This document shows positions 41,878 to 53,085 of a stretch of DNA of 64,000 nucleotides, piece after piece; the stretch's first letter is position 1, and every line of letters starts with the position of its first letter. Source of the DNA: a bacterium (GTDB lineage Bacteria; UBA8248; JACPRG01; G963555815); contig OZ244653.1 of the NCBI GenBank assembly GCA_965218795.1, forward strand, positions 2,688,001 through 2,752,000, given 5' to 3'. Under the pieces are notes generated by a model, which made no database searches, was not told the DNA's origin, and worked only from the letters and a program-made list of their open reading frames with translations. Both the position numbers and the translations under genes were made by a program.

Positions 41878-41953
41878 TGGTGCCGGGGGACGGAATTGAA
41901 CCGCCGACACATGGATTTTCAGTCCACTGCTCTACCGACTGAGCTACCCCGGC
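41878..41953 (-). tRNA. tRNA-Phe (GAA)
   Basis: GCCGGGGTAGCTCAGTCGGTAGAGCAGTGGACTGAAAATCCATGTGTCGGCGGTTCAATTCCGTCCCCCGGCACCA: cloverleaf, anticodon GAA, encoded CCA. Confidence 0.98.
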
Positions 41954-42129
41954 ACCTGTCTTCGTATTCAATTTCCCGGGACGAATGAGCCTCAGGAGGC
42001 ACTCCGTCATCCCGCGCGTTCAACGCTGAGGCTCAGAATTCTATCACATCCTGTTTAGGCGGGACAGGAGCGGGGCGCAAGCCGAACACCTCAAATTCGA
42101 AGCTCAAACGCGCTCGCAGACCCTCCCGT

Positions 42130-42420
42130 TTCCAGGCCTCTTCCACGTACAGCACCTCGAATAACCGATAGGTCAGCGGCGCCTTCAGGATATGGCCGAC
42201 CGCATCTTCAACGCGGGCCTTCAAGACCTCGCCGGCGGCATCGGCGTCTTCCTTCGATTCCCAAAGGCTGAAAGCCCCTACTCGCCGGCGTCGTCATCGG
42301 TCATGAAGGTTGCGGATTTGAGTCCCTTCAACGGCTTGTAAACGGCAACGCTCCCTTCGATCTTCGTCTCCACCGTTGATTGCATCCCCGGGCCAAGACA
42401 GAAGCAGAGCGTCCATACAT
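42130..42420 (-). pseudogene. ABM-like dimeric alpha/beta barrel protein, frameshifted
   Basis: MYGRS.. / LKGLKSATF..DDAGE / AFSLWESKEDADA..FEV in three frames. Confidence 0.55.
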
Positions 42421-42590
42421 CGCACGTCTCTCCATTTTCCGGTCTTGCGACCCGAGTGCGCCCCGGTTCACATCCTCGTCCTGCATGATTCAGCGATTCG
42501 AAGCAGAGGTCCTCCGCTTGAACGGCTGCCCGCATGGAATAAGGGAGGATGGGCTGTGAGTAGTGCACGAATTCGCCGCTTCGCGGGCGC

Positions 42591-43181
42591 TCACATATCG
42601 AAAAAGGCGGTTTCCTCGTCGCCCTGCATATGGATGTCAAACTGGTAGACGATCCCGCCCGGTGTTTCCTCGCGCTGCGCAATGAGCGTGCCGCGCCGGT
42701 CTTCGGGAATGGATTGAAGAACCGGGTCCTTCCCGTTCGCCTCGCCCTCATCCGAGAAGTAGATGCGCGTAAAAGCGTGCGTCAGCATCCCCCGCATGAA
42801 TACGATCACGTTGACGTGCGGGGCCTGTTCGGCATCGACGGGGCCGGGCTTGATGGTGTCGAAAATAAACCGGTTCTCCGGGTCCGTACCGGTGCCCATG
42901 CGGCCGAAACCCATGACGCCTGCGTCCCGGTGGCGGGGGTCGCCCGGGTGGGCGTATATGCCCCGCGCATCGGCCTGCCAGATCTCAATCACGGCATCGG
43001 GGATCAATTGTCTCTCGCCGTCGAAAACCTGTCCCTGGATGCGAATGCGTTCGCCCTCGGTTTCCGGATCGACCAGGACGGATTCGACGGTGGCCTTGAA
43101 CGGGTAGCCGTATTGTTCCGGCGTCAATCCATACGCGAAGAAAGGGCCGACGGTTTGCGATGGGGTTTGTTTGAGGACCAT
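42591..43181 (-). CDS. pcaG: Protocatechuate 3,4-dioxygenase alpha subunit
   Basis: QTPSQTVGPF, EIWQAD, QAPH.NV..F.RG, TRIYF.DE. Confidence 0.95.
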   Translation of the reverse strand: MVLKQTPSQTVGPFFAYGLTPEQYGYPFKATVESVLVDPETEGERIRIQGQVFDGERQLIPDAVIEIWQADARGIYAHPGDPRHRDAGVMGFGRMGTGTDPENRFIFDTIKPGPVDAEQAPHVNVIVFMRGMLTHAFTRIYFSDEGEANGKDPVLQSIPEDRRGTLIAQREETPGGIVYQFDIHMQGDEETAFFDM

Positions 43182-43184
43182 GGC

Positions 43185-43880
43185 TCACTTCTCCATCGGT
43201 GTGGCGCTTCGACCGCGGAGGATGAAATCAAACTCATAACCGAGCGCGAATTCCGGCTCGGTCGTGTCGATGGAAAACCCGGCGATGAGCAGTTCGCGGG
43301 CTTCACTGGGCGCGCTTTGAAAAATCGGATCGATGTCAAGCAGGGGGTCGCCGGGGAAGTACATCTGGGTGACGAGCCTCGTGACAAAGCTGTGGCCGAA
43401 GAGTGAAAAATGAATGTGTTGCGGCCGCCAGGCGTTGTGGTGGTTCCGCCAGGGGTAGGCCCCGGGCTTGATCGAGTAAAACTTGTAGCGGCCCTCGCTG
43501 TCGGTCATGCACCGCCCGGCGCCCAGGAAGTTGGGGTCGAGCGGGGCGGGGTGTTGATCGATGGTATGGACGTATCGGCCCGCCGCGTTCGCCTGCCAGA
43601 TTTCGATCAGCGTGTCGGGCACGGGTTTGCCGTCCTCCTCCAGAACTCGCCCCGTCACGATGATGCGCTCGCCCATGGGCTCGCCGTTCTTTGCGGCATT
43701 CCTGGTCAGATCGTTGTCGAGCGGCCTAACCGAATCATGGCCGTAAACAGGGCCCGTCATTTCCGACAGGGTCTGTTGGTTGGGGATGAGCGGCTTCTGG
43801 GGGCCGCGCAACGCCGTAGACTTGTAGTCGGGATAGATATAGGGGGGTTGGGTGCCCCAATCTCTTGGATTGACGCTCAT
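43185..43880 (-). CDS. pcaH: Protocatechuate 3,4-dioxygenase beta subunit
   Basis: YKSTALRGP, EIWQANAAGRY, PGAYPWRN..NAWRPQHIHFS. Confidence 0.96.
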   Translation of the reverse strand: MSVNPRDWGTQPPYIYPDYKSTALRGPQKPLIPNQQTLSEMTGPVYGHDSVRPLDNDLTRNAAKNGEPMGERIIVTGRVLEEDGKPVPDTLIEIWQANAAGRYVHTIDQHPAPLDPNFLGAGRCMTDSEGRYKFYSIKPGAYPWRNHHNAWRPQHIHFSLFGHSFVTRLVTQMYFPGDPLLDIDPIFQSAPSEARELLIAGFSIDTTEPEFALGYEFDFILRGRSATPMEK

Positions 43881-44264
43881 CGGTTTGAATCCTCCTGCGC
43901 CTTCATCGATGCATCGGTTTCTACCAACGGTTTGACGCCTCTTGCGGGCCGCCGGAACGATTGCGGCAAGCGCAACCTGCCAAACTGCTTTTCGAGTGTT
44001 TTCTTTCAGGCGTCCCAACGGATGGCGGGATGCGTTTTTCATAAGGTTTGGTTCAGGGATCCGCCAAGGTCCTTGCCTCCCCTTCTGCATCCTTAGTGTA
44101 TCATCATCAGGGAGTCTGGCAGGCGAATCCCCGACATGAGCCCGTCATCCATTTCCTTCATTCGAAGCCTCCCTGGTCCGGGAGCCATGCCAACGGGGAA
44201 CGATCATGAAACTCGATATCTACACGCACATCTTCCATTTGCGAACATCGGGCGGCGCGATCTG

Positions 44265-46703
44265 ATGCGCCTGTCGTGGAACGAGATTCGCGTCCGCGCC
44301 GCCGCTTTCGCCGGGGAGTGGCGGGAGGCGTCCTACGAGAAGGGCGAGACGCAGAGCTTCTACAACGACTTTTTCGAGATATTCGGGGTCCGGCGCCGAA
44401 CCGTCGCGCGCTACGAAGAGCACGTCAAGCGGCTCGACAACACGCACGGCTACATCGACCTGTTCTGGCCGGGCGTCCTGCTCGTCGAGCAGAAGAGCGC
44501 CGGGCGCGATCTAGACCGCGCCTACGACCAGGCCGGGGCGTATTTCGACGCGCTTCCCGAGCACGACCGCCCGCGATACGTCCTGGTCAGCGACTTCCAA
44601 ACCTTCGAGCTTCACGATCTCGATGAATGGGAGGCCGTAACCTTCCCGCTCACGGACCTGCCCGGCCACGTGGAAGCGTTCGGCTTCATCCTGGGCGTGC
44701 AGCGCCGGACCTTCCGCGACCAGGACCCGGCCAACATCAAGGCCGCCGAGCTGGTCGGGCGGCTGCACGACGCGCTCGACGCGGCGGGCTACCGGGGCCA
44801 CGACCTGGAGCGCTTCCTGGTTCGGATCGTCTTCTGCCTGTTCGCCGACGACACCGGCGTCTTCGAGCCGCGCGACATATTCCTCGACTTCATCGAGACG
44901 CGCACGGGCGAGGACGGGGCCGATCTCGGGCCGTGGCTGGCGCAACTGTTCCAGGTTCTGAATACCCCGGAATCCGACCGCGCCGCGACACTCGATGAAG
45001 ACCTTGTCCGGTTTCCCTATGTCAACGGCGATCTGTTCGACGGGCCGTTGCGCATTCCCTCCTTCGACGCGGCCATGCGCGGGGCGCTGCTGGATGTTTG
45101 CCGGTTCGACTGGTCGAACGTCTCGCCCGCGATATTCGGCGCGCTGTTCCAGTCGGTGATGGAGCCTGCGGAGCGCCGCGCCCAGGGCGCCCACTACACC
45201 ACCGAGCAGAACATCCTCAAGGTCATCGAGCCGCTGTTCATGGACGATCTGCGGGCAGAGTTCGAACGGGTCAGGGCGCGCAAGGACAGCCGCCGCCGGG
45301 CGGAACTGACGGCCTTCCACAAGCGGCTCGGCCGGATGACGTGCTTCGATCCCGCGTGCGGGTGCGGCAACTTCCTCATCATCGCCTACCGTGAACTGCG
45401 CGCGCTGGAAATCGAGGTGCTGAAGGAACTGCATCCCGGCAGGCAGATGGACGCCCTGGCGGACACCCTGTCGCTGCTCGACGTAGACCAGTTCTACGGC
45501 ATCGAGCTTGGGGAATTCCCGGCCCGTATCGCCGAGACCGCGATGTGGATGATGGACCACATCATGAACAACCGGCTCAGCCTGGAGTTCGGGCAGACCT
45601 ATGCGCGCATCCCGCTGCGGACATCCCCGCGCATCCTGAACGGCGACGCGCTGGAGACCGACTGGGCGGACCTTCTGCCGCCGGAGTCGTGCTCCTTCGT
45701 GTTCGGCAATCCGCCCTTCGTGGGCGCGAAGTTCCAGACGACCGAGCAGCGCGCCCAAGTCCGCCGGGTCGCGGCGCTCGGCAAGACGGGCGGCACGCTG
45801 GACTACGTGGCCGCCTGGTTCATCAAGGCGGGAGAGTATGCGAAGGGCAGCCGCGCCCGGATCGGCTTCGTGGCCACCAACTCGATTACCCAGGGTGAGC
45901 AGGCGGCGCAGCTCTGGCCGATCCTGTTCGAGCGCTGCAGGCTGGAGATCGCGTTCGCGCACCGCACCTTCGCCTGGGGTTCGGACGCGCGCGGCAAGGC
46001 CCACGTGCACGTCGTGATCCTCGGTCTGGATCGGAGGGAAAACACGCGGTCGGACAAACGCCTGTTCAGCTATCCCGACGTCAACGGCGATCCGGAGGAA
46101 AGCCGGCACTCCGCGCTCTCGCCCTACCTGTTCGACGCGGGCGGGCTGGCAAACCCGCATATCGTGGTGCGGGAAACCGCCAGCCCGATGAACGGCCTGC
46201 CGAAACTGATTATCGGTTCCAAGCCCATCGACGGGGGCCACTACATTTTCGATGCGGAAGAACGTGCTTCATTTCTGGAAGCGGAGCCGGACGCCGCGTC
46301 CCTCCTGCGCCCCTTCGTCGGCGCGCGCGAATACCTGCAAGGCGGTGAGCGCTGGATTCTTGCCCTTCATGACGCAGCGCCGGACGCGCTGGCGAAGTTG
46401 CCAAGAGTTCGGGAGCGTATCGCTGCTGTCCGCTCATACCGGGAAGCCAGCAAGAGCCGCCCAACGCAAAAGCTCGCCGATACGCCGACGCTCTATCACG
46501 TGAACGTGCTTCCCACCGCGCCGTTCCTGGTCGTACCCAAGGTGAGTTCGGAACGGCGCGAGTACGTGCCGGTAGGCTGGCTGGAGCCGCCGGTCATCCC
46601 CAGCGATCTCGTCTTCGTCCTGAAAGGCGCGAACAGGCCGGTCTTCGCCCTGCTCACCTCCGCCATGCACATGGCCTGGATGCGCTATGTCGGCGGACGG
46701 CTA
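44265..46703 (+). pseudogene. MmeI-like Type IIL restriction-modification enzyme, truncated by IS630
   Basis: N-terminal IDLFWPG.LLVEQKS nuclease, GAHYT, FDPACGCGNF, GNPPF, VSSERREY. Ends at GGRL at the IS630 TA. Confidence 0.9.
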
Positions 46704-47872
46704 GTGTACTGTCGCAGAAATTTTTTCACAAAGGCGTTTGATCTTTGCAAGGATGGAATCGGCCGTGGCCGTCCACACAAACGGCTGGGCGTTTTCGTTC
46801 CAGTGGTCGGTGAATCGGTCAATCCGGCGGATCAGTTCTTTCACTTTGTTGAAGGAGCCCCGTCGAATCGCACGTTGCGTGATGATGTGAAACCAGATTT
46901 CCACTTGGTTGAGCCAGGAAGCATACGTCGGCGTGAAGTGGAGTTGAAACCGTGGGTGTCTTGCCAACCATTGCTTGATTTTGGCGTGCTTGTGGGTGGC
47001 GTAGTTGTCGATCACCAAATGAATGTCCAAATCCGGCGGCACCTGCTCCTCGATGTGGCGTAGAAACTGAAGAAATTCCTGATGACGATGGCGGGGCTTA
47101 CACTGCGCCATGACTTCTCCGGTCTGGATGTCCAGCGCGGCAAACAGAGTCGTTGTGCCATGGCGCCTGTAGTCGTGGGTGACCCCTTCCACATAGCCCA
47201 AGCCCAAGGGCAGCAACGGCTGCGTGCGTTCCAGAGCCTGGACCTGGCTCTTCTCGTCCACGCACAGCACCATGGCATGCTCGGGCGGATTCAGGTATAA
47301 CCCCACGATGTCGCGTACTTTCTCCACGAAGAAGGGATCCGTGGAGAGTTTGAAGTGCGCTTGTCGATGGGGCTGCAACCCGAAGGCACGCCAGATGCGA
47401 TGCACCGTATCTTTGGATACACCCGTCGCCTGCGCCATGGAACGCACCGTCCACTGGGTCGCCTCGTTGGGACGCTCTTTGAGTGTCTTGTATACGACCT
47501 CGGCCACTTGCTCATCCTCAATCGATCGCGGCGCTCCAGGCCGCAATTCGTCATACAGGCCGATCAGGCCGCGGTCGAGATACCGCTGGCGCCATTTTCC
47601 CACGGTGGCACGATTCACGCCAAGCGCCTCGCCAACCGCACGATTGGGCTTGCCATCGGCGGCCAACAAGACAATCTGGGCACGGCGCACCAGCCCATGG
47701 GGTAGGCTGCGGGAATGGGCCATAGACTCCAATTGCTGTCGAGCATCATCGCTCAACTCCAAAGCTTTCAGCGGGCGTCCCCGTGGCATAGGTTCCTCCT
47801 TGAAAAAGGGGTGATCAGGAAACCTATGCACAAACATGACTTTTGCCTACTTATTCTTGAGACGAAACACTA
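46702..47872 (-). mobile_element. IS630-family element with TA target duplication, transposase 46701-47789
   Basis: CTAGTGT...ACACTAG ends. CVDEKS, DNYATH, SWLNQVE catalytic motifs. Intact ORF whose stop uses the TA site. Confidence 0.95.
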
Positions 47873-48202
47873 GCCGCTCCAGGTCCATTGGGATTTGGAA
47901 ATCCTAGAATTTGCGTTCAAGTCAAATCTTCTGACGGTCCCGTCGATTCGCCTACTCTGAATCAACTCATTGGAGCAATGCATAATGTCCAAGCAGACCA
48001 AGGGTTGTTGGTTTCATGGGGAGGTTTCAAAAGTTCAATCGATAAGGATATGGCGCAACACTTTTTTAAGGTTCGCCTTTGGGATCGGGATGCGATTATC
48101 AACGAACTTTTCGACCACTATGACAAACTCGATGAGGACTTACGAGCGGAGATTCCACTAAAACGGCTTTGGGCTGTCGCAATGCAAGAAGAGAGTTCAT
48201 AG
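47871..48202 (+). pseudogene. Mrr-family restriction endonuclease C-terminal fragment
   Basis: LAAPGPLGF..PRICVQVKS...QGLLVSWGGF...RLWD. N-terminus lost at the IS end. AT-rich. Confidence 0.8.
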
Positions 48203-48293
48203 TGCGCCTCACATGCCATTGGCTTGCCTAAGATGTCTTCTTAACCTTCTTGGCTAACGAATGGATTGATGGTTTCGATATCCCACATAGGGT

Positions 48294-48360
48294 CGTTCGG
48301 TGTCGCGCAGGATGGCAGGGTCGCGCGGACCCTGTATCTCTTCTGACATCGGCCGGGCCG
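48294..48360. repeat. Dispersed 65-bp repeat, copy 1 (copy 2 at 49978-50042)
   Basis: First 32 bp match 31/32 between copies, the remainder aligns with scattered mismatches. Contains a GGGTC..GACCC hairpin. Confidence 0.8.
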
Positions 48361-48474
48361 TTGCCGTTCACGTGGGCATTGGAATGGCTCCCCTGCGGAA
48401 CGGTCGGGTGGAGAAAGCCCTGGGCCTTCCGGAGCAAATACTACCCTGCCCCCAAGGCGGCGCATCGGGGGCAG

Positions 48475-48603
48475 GGTCTCGTACTTCATGGCCTTTCGGT
48501 CGTAGTCGTTGATGATGTTGACCTGAGGGCATGATGTTGCGGCGACCAGGATGTCCATCTCCGCCAGGAACTCTACGAATTCGCCCGGGCGACCTCCACT
48601 CCA
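48475..48603 (-). pseudogene. DUF1989 / urea-carboxylase-associated protein C-terminal fragment
   Basis: GRPGEFVEFLAEMDILVAATSCPQ..IND. Confidence 0.6.
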
Positions 48604-48604
48604 G

Positions 48605-49639
48605 TTAGGGACAAAGCTTGCAATCGATCGGCTTGGTCCTGGGGAATAGTTTGGGAAGGTACGCGTTCGTGTAAAGCTCCGATACCTTCGGAGCCCGCGG
48701 CGTCTTGAAAAAGTTGACGACCACGTCCCGGGTCTGTTTCATCTTGTCCGCCGAGATATGTCCCAGGCCGTGTTTCTTCCCGTAAGGCGTCAGAATGTGG
48801 TCGATAAAAACCTTGAACTGTGCCAAAGCGACATTGTAAGACGCTTCAGGGTGGGTTTTTACAAAGTCCCGGACGGCCTTTTCCGGATTCTCAATCCCCC
48901 AGGCCAAAGCCTGATAGGATGCCCCGATAAAGCGTCGAACATAATCCGGTCGACTCTTGATCAGCTTGTCTGTGGCGGCGAAGGCGCCCGAGTAGATGTC
49001 AAAGCCATAGTCGCTGTAAAGCATGACCTTGACCTTCTTGCCCAATTTATCGGCACCGGTCTTCACAGCTGAATAAATGGTATGGAACGTGGTCATCGCG
49101 CTGATCTTTCCGCTCAAGAGAGATGGAACCAGAGAGGCGTGGTCCATCGTGGCCCAGGAAACCTTGTTGTTGTCGATTCCAACTTTCCGGGCGAAAACGG
49201 GGAATATGACCCGGTCCATCGAATAGCTCGTGCCTCCGATGGTTTTCCCTTCGAGATCCTTGGGCGCGTTGACGCCGGATCCCTCCAGGGAATAGGCAAC
49301 GAATAGCGACTTGTCGTGGAACATCCCAAGGGCCTTGGCCATAAGCCCCTTCGCGCGCCGGACAATGAGCTGGTCGGTTTCGGCGATGATAAAATCGGCC
49401 TTGTCGCCGCCCAGGAACTTCAGCGTATCCGCCCCAAATCCGCGCTGAATCTTCACGTCGAGGCCGGCTTTCGCGTAAATTCCCTGGGAGAGCCCGGCGA
49501 ACAGGCCCGAATGTTTCCCATAGGGCACCCAATCAAGGGCGAATCGGACTGAATCGGCTGCGCCGGACGGGAAAGAACTGCACAAGAAAAATCCTGCGGC
49601 AAGGGAAAGCACAGAAGCAATTCGGGTCAGTGTTTTCAT
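48605..49639 (-). CDS. NMT1/THI5-like ABC substrate-binding protein
   Basis: Signal peptide, LDWVPYGKH, GIY.KAGLDV.I..G, PKDLEGKTIG. Confidence 0.9.
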   Translation of the reverse strand: MKTLTRIASVLSLAAGFFLCSSFPSGAADSVRFALDWVPYGKHSGLFAGLSQGIYAKAGLDVKIQRGFGADTLKFLGGDKADFIIAETDQLIVRRAKGLMAKALGMFHDKSLFVAYSLEGSGVNAPKDLEGKTIGGTSYSMDRVIFPVFARKVGIDNNKVSWATMDHASLVPSLLSGKISAMTTFHTIYSAVKTGADKLGKKVKVMLYSDYGFDIYSGAFAATDKLIKSRPDYVRRFIGASYQALAWGIENPEKAVRDFVKTHPEASYNVALAQFKVFIDHILTPYGKKHGLGHISADKMKQTRDVVVNFFKTPRAPKVSELYTNAYLPKLFPRTKPIDCKLCP

Positions 49640-50203
49640 CTTCTTGCAAGACCTCCCTTCTGGTCTGGTCGATGCGTTCGATCGGTCCGCCCATTTCAAA
49701 AGAATCTCCTGCTCACCGGGCGCACATAAGCCCCTGACGACTCAGGGAAAAACAAGTGCAATGTTTGGAGCGATCAGAGTTTTCAGAAAGTCCAGAGATA
49801 GCAGATAATGTCTTTAATGTCTACAGACGGTATCGGAATTATTATAGGGACACCATACTTAATGAATCATGGGAGCCCGATACAGTGTTGACAAGTCCCC
49901 CCCAAAATGGCTCAGATGGGCTAACGGCACCCAACGATCAGGTGCAGGCCCGTGCGGATTTGGAACGGAGAATCCCCCGTTCGGTGCCGCGCAGGATGGC
50001 AGGGTCGCGGACCCGGTAGCTGTTATGACATCAGCCGGCCCGCGAGGCTGCCAGAAACGCTCGGGTCAAGGGATCAGGGATCGACAACCCACTACGATGA
50101 ATCGAGGGAACAGGGAAATGGAATTGTCGGACAGATTTTTCCGTTCACGCATCGGCACGGGGAAATCCGATCCGTTGGTCCTCATGGTTCCCGGGAATCA
50201 ACG

Positions 50204-52483
50204 ATGATGACGGATTTCGACGTGATCGGACGGCCCACGCCGGCCTACGGCTCGGCCGACAAGGTTTGCGGAATGGCCGCCTACCTCGGCGACCTCCGCC
50301 TTCCCCGGATGCTTCACGCCAAGGTTCTCCGAAGCTCGGTCCCGCACGCCCGGATCGAGGGGATCGACACCTCGCGGGCGGCCGCCCTTCCCGGGGTCCG
50401 GGCGGTCCTCACGGGGCGGGACCTGCCCGACATCAAATGGGGCGATATCGTCCATGACCAGCCAACCCTGCCCGTCGACAAGATCCGGTTCGCGGGGGAG
50501 GACCTGGCGGCCGTCGCGGCCGTGGACGAGGCGACGGCCCTGGACGCCCTGGAGCTCATACGGGTCGATTACGAGGAGCTGCCCGCGGTGCTCACCGTGG
50601 AGGAGGCCATGGAGGAGGGCGCGCCCCTGGTGAATGAGGGTGTCCCCGGGAACGTCGTGAAGAATTTCACCATTGTGCGCGGCGACGTGGAGGCCGGATT
50701 CCGGGAGGCGGATGTCGTCCTCGAGGAGACCTACCGCACCCAGCGTCACCACCAGAGCTACATGGAGCCCTTCGGCGCGATGGCCGAAGTGGACCGGGCC
50801 GGCCGCGTCACCCTTCATGCTCCCGTTCAGGGGATCTTCCACACCCGGGAGCACGTGGCGCACGCCCTGGGGATCCCCCAGAGCCAGGTCCGGGTGCACC
50901 AGTCCTGGGTCGGGGGCGCTTTCGGCGGCAAGCAGACCCATCGCCCGCTCCCCATCCTGGCCGCCGCCCTGGCCGAGAAGACCGGGTGCCCCGTCCGTCT
51001 GGTCAACACCCGGCAGGACGAGTTCCAGGGGGGGAGCCCCCGCCTGCCGGTGACGATCCGGCTGAAGGCCGGAGTCCGCAAGGACGGGCGCCTGACGGCC
51101 AAGGAGGGCCGGGTCATCGGGGACGCCGGCGCGTTCGCCTCCATCTCGCCGGCCATCCTGCATACGGCGACCATGCGGATGGACAATCTGTACCGCCTGG
51201 AGAACGTACGGAACGAGGCATCTCTGGTCCACACCAACCACGTGCCCTGCGGTCCCTTCCGGGGATTCGGGACGGTCCAGGGGGCGTTTGGCCTCGAGAG
51301 CATGATGGACGCCCTGGCGGAAGCCATCGGAATGGATCCGGCCGAGATCCGCCGCCGGAATTTCGTCCACACCGGCGATACGACGGTCCACGGGTGGCGG
51401 CTGGGAAGCTGCGGGATCCAGGAATGCCTGGACGCGGTCGTGAAGGCGAGCGGTTGGGAGGCGAGAGAGCGTCAGGCCGGGCCGGGCCGGTTCCGAAGGG
51501 GGTTCGGTCTGGCCGCGGCTACCCACGTCAGCGGAAACCGGCATTACGGGGATCTGGATGCCTCGACCTGTCTGCTGAAGCTCAACCAGGACGGAAAATT
51601 CAATCTCATCTCCGGCGAGGGCGAGCTCGGCCAGGGGGCGATGACGACGTTGTCCCTGTGCGCGGCCGAGGAGCTGGGGATCCCCCTGGAGGACGTGGTC
51701 GTCGGCCCGCCCGACACGGACACGACGCCCTTCGCCATCGGGGGGTACGCGAGCCGGGTGACGATCATCGGCGGAAGCGCCGCCCGCCTGGCCGCGGCCG
51801 ACGCAAAGCGGCAATTGCTCGAGACCGCAGCGGAGATGATGGAGACGCCCCCCGATATGCTGGCGGTGAAGGACGGCTTCGTGTTCGCGGAAGGCGCGCC
51901 GTCCCGCCGGGTCTCTTTCGCCGAGGTGGCCCAAAACGCCCAGTTCCGCCGCAACGGACGGACGATCATCGGCGTCGGAGAGTACGACGCCCCCACCGAG
52001 ATGTACGACCCTGAGACCCGGTACGGCAACATCGCCCCCGGGTACGAATACGCCGTCCAGGTCGCCGAAGTGGAGGTCGACACCGAGACGGGCGCGGTGA
52101 GGGTCTTGCGGATGGTCGTGGCCGATGACGCGGGTCGGGTGATCAACCCGCTGACGGCGGAGGGGCAGGTGGAGGGCGGCGTGGTGATGGGGATCGGGAT
52201 GGCCCTGACGGAAACCATGAAGTACGAGGGCGGGGCGCTCGTCAACGGAAACTTCGGCGATTACAACCTGCCGACAGCCGAATCCGTGCCGCCGGTCGAG
52301 TCCTTTCTGATCGAGGCGGCGGAGCCGAACGGCCCCTATGGGGCCAAGGGCGTGAGCGAGTCGTGCATCGATCCGGTCCCGGCGGCCATCACGAATGCCA
52401 TCCGCGACGCGGTCGGGGTCCGCATCTTCGAGCTTCCCGTGTCATCCGAAAAGATCCTGTCGGCCCTGGGGCGGGCAGGGTAG
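50204..52483 (+). CDS. Xanthine dehydrogenase family molybdopterin-binding subunit
   Basis: HARI, YMEP, GGAFGGK, FRGFG, ELGQG, ASR, EGQVEGG, GAKGVSE. Confidence 0.93.
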   Translation: MMTDFDVIGRPTPAYGSADKVCGMAAYLGDLRLPRMLHAKVLRSSVPHARIEGIDTSRAAALPGVRAVLTGRDLPDIKWGDIVHDQPTLPVDKIRFAGEDLAAVAAVDEATALDALELIRVDYEELPAVLTVEEAMEEGAPLVNEGVPGNVVKNFTIVRGDVEAGFREADVVLEETYRTQRHHQSYMEPFGAMAEVDRAGRVTLHAPVQGIFHTREHVAHALGIPQSQVRVHQSWVGGAFGGKQTHRPLPILAAALAEKTGCPVRLVNTRQDEFQGGSPRLPVTIRLKAGVRKDGRLTAKEGRVIGDAGAFASISPAILHTATMRMDNLYRLENVRNEASLVHTNHVPCGPFRGFGTVQGAFGLESMMDALAEAIGMDPAEIRRRNFVHTGDTTVHGWRLGSCGIQECLDAVVKASGWEARERQAGPGRFRRGFGLAAATHVSGNRHYGDLDASTCLLKLNQDGKFNLISGEGELGQGAMTTLSLCAAEELGIPLEDVVVGPPDTDTTPFAIGGYASRVTIIGGSAARLAAADAKRQLLETAAEMMETPPDMLAVKDGFVFAEGAPSRRVSFAEVAQNAQFRRNGRTIIGVGEYDAPTEMYDPETRYGNIAPGYEYAVQVAEVEVDTETGAVRVLRMVVADDAGRVINPLTAEGQVEGGVVMGIGMALTETMKYEGGALVNGNFGDYNLPTAESVPPVESFLIEAAEPNGPYGAKGVSESCIDPVPAAITNAIRDAVGVRIFELPVSSEKILSALGRAG

Positions 52484-52680
52484 GCCCTCTCCCGGCCTCG
52501 CTCGGTGTCGGCCCGCCCCCCATCATCTTCCAGTGCGCCGAGGTTGCCGTGTCCGGGGAAGCGTTCACCCTCATCTTGGAGCGGATTGACCGATTACGGC
52601 CGGCGCCTGTCCGGCCATCCTGACCGGAGTCCGCGCGAGGGCGAAATGGCGGCTCCGGTGATCCAGCGGGTCAATGTCGT

Positions 52681-52865
52681 TGACCTTTCCCCGAGTTTAG
52701 GGCCAGGTTGTTTGAGAGTTTTCGGTTTCGATCATAGTGCTCAAGGGCAGCTGAGCGGAGCCCTTGCGTAGCTCAGGCGAAGCTGCCCGTTTTGCCAGCC
52801 AGGATGCCGGCGTTTAGTAGCCGAGGGCCGCATGCGGCCTGGTGGTGTTGTAATGGATCCGTCGG
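52681..52865 (-). mobile_element. IS3-family right-end remnant
   Basis: RIHYNTTRPHAALGY*TP on the minus strand, hairpin GGGCAGCT..AGCTGCCC, IR-like TGACCTTTCCCCGAGTTTAGGGCCA. Confidence 0.6.
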
Positions 52866-52969
52866 GCTTCGATGACGGCCCGGGCATGGGCTAGGTTGAC
52901 CCGCCGGGGGGCATGGTTTTCCCACGGCGGAGTCCACTCAGGTCAGGCTTTCCGGCGCCCGAAACTGTC

Positions 52970-52998
52970 TTGACATGTCCCGTAGAGAGGGCTCTAAT
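52970..52998 (+). promoter_or_regulatory. Sigma70-like promoter for the SBP gene
   Basis: TTGACA, 17 bp, TCTAAT. Confidence 0.55.
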
Positions 52999-53085
52999 CG
53001 GGTCAACTGGCAACAAGCGGTTGGTCGCGGGCTGTGCCGGATTTGAAATGGGAATTTCCGGCCAATTTCAAATGGAGGGAGAACG

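Noticed and set aside
41878-41953. tRNA-Phe as island integration site
   Set aside because: I found no duplicate of its 3' end or an integrase. Downstream genes (mltA, bioB) are housekeeping.
52690-52960. Riboswitch or ncRNA in the intergenic region
   Set aside because: The hairpins are explained by an IS3 right-end remnant (HYNTTRPH).
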